Source: Halocafeteria seosinensis (taxonomy: Eukaryota). From it: a stretch of DNA of 36,100 bases. Position 1 is the stretch's first letter. The number at the start of each line of letters is the position of its first letter. Below, in pieces: positions 33,429-36,100 of this stretch. The notes under the pieces were generated by a model that saw only the letters and a program-made list of their open reading frames with translations, was not told the DNA's origin and made no database searches. The stretch lies in assembly GCA_001687465.1 (NCBI GenBank), contig LVLI01000579.1, forward strand, positions 1 through 36,100, written 5' to 3'. The translations under genes were made by a program, and so were the position numbers.

Positions 33429-36100
33429 ATGATGAAGCCAAAAAGATGTCCGTTTGTTTTACCTGTGCATGCGTCTATGTATATCGCTTTGGTGATTTGC
33501 GCGAGCAGTCAGGGCCAAACACCACCTCCTGGCTCTTTTACTTGGACTGATGCTCTCTGTGGGGATGAAAACACTTCAGTATTGCATATAGATGAGATCT
33601 TTAATCCTCTGCGTTCCAACAAAGCCATACATACTGCTCGGGTCGAGGAAGATTTACCGGGTGCCACCCATCCTGGGTACGAGCTACTGTCTATTGTCCC
33701 AGTGGGGAATTCATCATCTGCTGGCGGCACGTGTGAGACGGAGTACTCCCAAGAGACATCGTACACGGAACAGGAAAGACATGCATTTGAACTTAACCAG
33801 GACGACAATCTTGAAGATGCTTATAGAGGGAAGAACAGCTTAAATGGAACGATTTCACTACGAGCAGGATCAACACTGTCGTCGAGTTGCAATGCCTTCG
33901 AAGTCAGCATTGCGGTACATTCAAATGTGAGTACGTTCAGGAGTTGCGATGCTGTTCCATGCGACGGGTTTCATCTGATCGATCCGATAGGATACGGGAG
34001 AACAACAGCCTTCTGGACTCAGTGTGAGGATGGGTTTACAAAAATCGACCAGTATATAGCAAAAATGTTCCTCGAGGCACAACTAAAGGTGGATGGTGAC
34101 GTCGACGACTTCGGCTTCGTTGACGAAAGCCCATTTGTAGTTGGTGGTCGGCACGGCTACACTGCCACGTACGATATTCCTCTTCCTTTCGGATACACCC
34201 AATTTTATCTTGATGCATTTAATATTGCACCCGTCACACACATGGACATCAGGGACTGTCGTTCACCAAAACACAACCAAACCATGAATTCCGCTTTCTC
34301 CAACAGTCCTGATAACACTCTATGGGCTCAATTTGTCAAGACTGAAGATACAACAGTGGATTTCACCTTCGGTTCTCCAGAGGAAGGCGGTCCAGCCACT
34401 AGCTATGCCCAGTTCCAGGAGATACAGTCTCATGGTGGTATACATAAATTTGAAGGCAATAATATCATATTTGATGTCCCTAAGTCCAACAGATTTCGCT
34501 TACATTGGGGAGAAGTCGGCGAGGAACCTGAAGGATGGTCATGGTGGAATGGTTCTATTTGGGTTCGCAATGGGCCCAGTCAGGTTCTTTACTCCGGCTG
34601 TGACGATGTTCCTTGTAACGGAGAGTACTTGATTGAACCGTTTGGGAAAAACAGAGGGCAAGTGTTCCGTACCCAATGCAAAGATGGCTTTACGAAGATC
34701 ACACAGGCAATTGCAGCTCAGTTTCTTAACGCGACGCTGAGCTGGAAGGGTAATGTAACACGGGGTGGTCTCCTTGACCACAGACGTCCATTCACCGTCG
34801 ACGGTGCGGGAAACCACTCTGCATACTACGATATTCTCATTCCATTTAATTACACCCAGTTCTACCTGGAGGATTTTCATATCAGGTCAATGTCGTTCCT
34901 CAATGATAAATTGAGCGCCTCGGAGATCTACAGGGCCAACGATTTTCAGAATCAGTACTTGTACTGGAACGCGAGGGGAATCGAAACAGCCGGAGATTTC
35001 GCTTTTGGTTCCCCAGATGAAGGCGGTCCAGCCACTAGCTATGCCCAGTTCCAGGAGATACAGTCTCATGGTGGTATACATAAATTTGAAGGCAATAATA
35101 TCATATTTGATGTCTCTGAGTCCAACAGATTTCGCTTACATTGGGGAGAAGTCGGCGAGGAACCTGAAGGATGGTCATGGTGGAATGGTTCTATTTGGGT
35201 TCGCAATGGGCCCAGTCAGGTTCTTTACTCCAGCTGTGACGATGTTCCTTGCCAAGGTGAGTATTTTATCGATCCCTTCGGAGGAGGATATACCACAGCT
35301 TTTCGGACTCGCTGCAAGGACGGGTTCACCGAGATCACCCCGCTTATAGCTAAACAACTTCTAAATGCTACTCTTTCAACATACGGAGACGTCGCAAACT
35401 TTGGATTCTGGGAAGGAATAAGACCATACACGGTTGATGGTACTGGTCCGCACTCAGATCACTTTGCACACTACGATATTCCTATCCCTTTTGGGTATAC
35501 GGAGTTCTTTCTTGAGAATTTTAATATTCGTGCTACCTCGAATATCAGGCATTCTGCTCATTTGAGTGAGATCTTCAAGGGACAGTATTACACTCGCTGG
35601 ACACAGAGTGACTTCGGCGATTTTGCCTTTGGTTCGCCACGGGAAGTGGGGCCGGTAACGAGTTACGGGAGACTCCAAAGTTTGATGTCACGGGGTGGTA
35701 CTCATACATTTGCGGGAAATGGTGATATCTTCCAGGTGCTACCATCTGATATGTTTCGACTCCATTGGGGCGAGAATGATAAACAATCTGAAGGATGGGG
35801 TTGGGCAAGCGGCTCTATATGGGTAAAGCATGGAAATGTCCAAATTTACGGCAGCTGTACCGACGTTCCTTGCCAAGGTGAGTATTTTATCGATCCCTTC
35901 GGAGGAGGATATACCACAGCTTTTCGGACTCGCTGCAAGGACGGGTTCACCGAGATCACCCCGCTTATAGCTAAACAACTTCTAAATGCTACTCTTTCAA
36001 CATACGGAGACGTCGCAAACTTTGGATTCTGGGAAGGAATAAGACCATACACGGTTGATGGTACTGGTCCGCACTCAGATCACTTTGCACACTACGATAT
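33429..36100 (+). CDS. Probably secreted tandem-repeat protein with fibrinogen-like lead motifs (3' end outside window)
   Basis: Manual translation is open from ATG 33429 to the window end. Signal-like MMKPKRCPFVLPVHASMYIALVICASSQG. Units begin at 33942, 34596, 35232 and 35853 (218, 212, 207 aa, fourth partial), each (S/G)CxxVPCxGxxxI(D/E)PxG...F(R/W)TxCxDGFT...YDI..PFxYT..FGSP...GPxTSY...FRLHWGE...EGW.W..GSIWV. Confidence 0.88.
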   Translation, partial: MMKPKRCPFVLPVHASMYIALVICASSQGQTPPPGSFTWTDALCGDENTSVLHIDEIFNPLRSNKAIHTARVEEDLPGATHPGYELLSIVPVGNSSSAGGTCETEYSQETSYTEQERHAFELNQDDNLEDAYRGKNSLNGTISLRAGSTLSSSCNAFEVSIAVHSNVSTFRSCDAVPCDGFHLIDPIGYGRTTAFWTQCEDGFTKIDQYIAKMFLEAQLKVDGDVDDFGFVDESPFVVGGRHGYTATYDIPLPFGYTQFYLDAFNIAPVTHMDIRDCRSPKHNQTMNSAFSNSPDNTLWAQFVKTEDTTVDFTFGSPEEGGPATSYAQFQEIQSHGGIHKFEGNNIIFDVPKSNRFRLHWGEVGEEPEGWSWWNGSIWVRNGPSQVLYSGCDDVPCNGEYLIEPFGKNRGQVFRTQCKDGFTKITQAIAAQFLNATLSWKGNVTRGGLLDHRRPFTVDGAGNHSAYYDILIPFNYTQFYLEDFHIRSMSFLNDKLSASEIYRANDFQNQYLYWNARGIETAGDFAFGSPDEGGPATSYAQFQEIQSHGGIHKFEGNNIIFDVSESNRFRLHWGEVGEEPEGWSWWNGSIWVRNGPSQVLYSSCDDVPCQGEYFIDPFGGGYTTAFRTRCKDGFTEITPLIAKQLLNATLSTYGDVANFGFWEGIRPYTVDGTGPHSDHFAHYDIPIPFGYTEFFLENFNIRATSNIRHSAHLSEIFKGQYYTRWTQSDFGDFAFGSPREVGPVTSYGRLQSLMSRGGTHTFAGNGDIFQVLPSDMFRLHWGENDKQSEGWGWASGSIWVKHGNVQIYGSCTDVPCQGEYFIDPFGGGYTTAFRTRCKDGFTEITPLIAKQLLNATLSTYGDVANFGFWEGIRPYTVDGTGPHSDHFAHYD
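34383..35251 (+). repeat. Direct repeat pair 34383-34615 / 35019-35251 (233 bp, 3 mismatches)
   Basis: Base-by-base comparison at offset 636: differences only in gtccctaag/gtctctgag and ccggct/ccagct. Confidence 0.95.
35244..36100 (+). repeat. Direct repeat pair 35244-35479 / 35865-36100 (at least 236 bp, identical)
   Basis: Base-by-base comparison at offset 621: no differences seen up to the window end. Confidence 0.95.

Noticed and set aside
34383..35251. 233-bp direct repeats as LTRs or a DGR template/variable pair
   Set aside because: They are in-frame parts of protein repeats; no reverse transcriptase is in the window, there are no TG..CA ends, and the three mismatches are not adenine-specific.
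34333..36052. Repeated short ORFs (MPSSRRYS..., MFSYKRGD..., MYGLIPSQ...)
   Set aside because: Alternative-frame or antisense readings of the duplicated blocks within the single long plus-strand ORF.
1..36100. Alternative genetic code, CRISPR arrays, tRNA/rRNA genes
   Set aside because: Apparent in-frame stops in conserved genes fall within canonical introns, and all three stop codons end genes. No spacer-repeat array or structural RNA was recognised by eye; a covariance-model scan was not possible.

Overview
Gene-dense eukaryotic (protist) nuclear DNA with short GT-AG introns, mostly about 60-110 nt. It uses the standard genetic code: TAA, TGA and TAG all end genes. A stramenopile-like origin is inferred, not proven, from the formin architecture. 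About 11 well-supported genes: DPP8/9-like S9B peptidase, CEP72/LRRC36-like LRR protein, methionyl-tRNA synthetase, GT4 glycosyltransferase, small CaaX ankyrin protein, methylmalonate-semialdehyde dehydrogenase, large PH-ankyrin-WW-FH2 formin, UPF1, GT7/B4GALNT-like glycosyltransferase, and two edge genes that the supplied ORF track misses because they run off the window. Left edge (minus strand): a bacterial-type AAA-ATPase-like plus PD-(D/E)XK nuclease module in one intronless exon of at least 2050 nt, spliced in frame to an intron-rich header with two microexons (Crinkler/RHS-like header-NTPase-nuclease layout). Right edge (plus strand): an intronless, probably secreted protein made of tandem ~210-aa units with a fibrinogen-like lead motif, whose DNA shows mosaic half-unit homogenisation. 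All exon models are manual translations; no searches were run.
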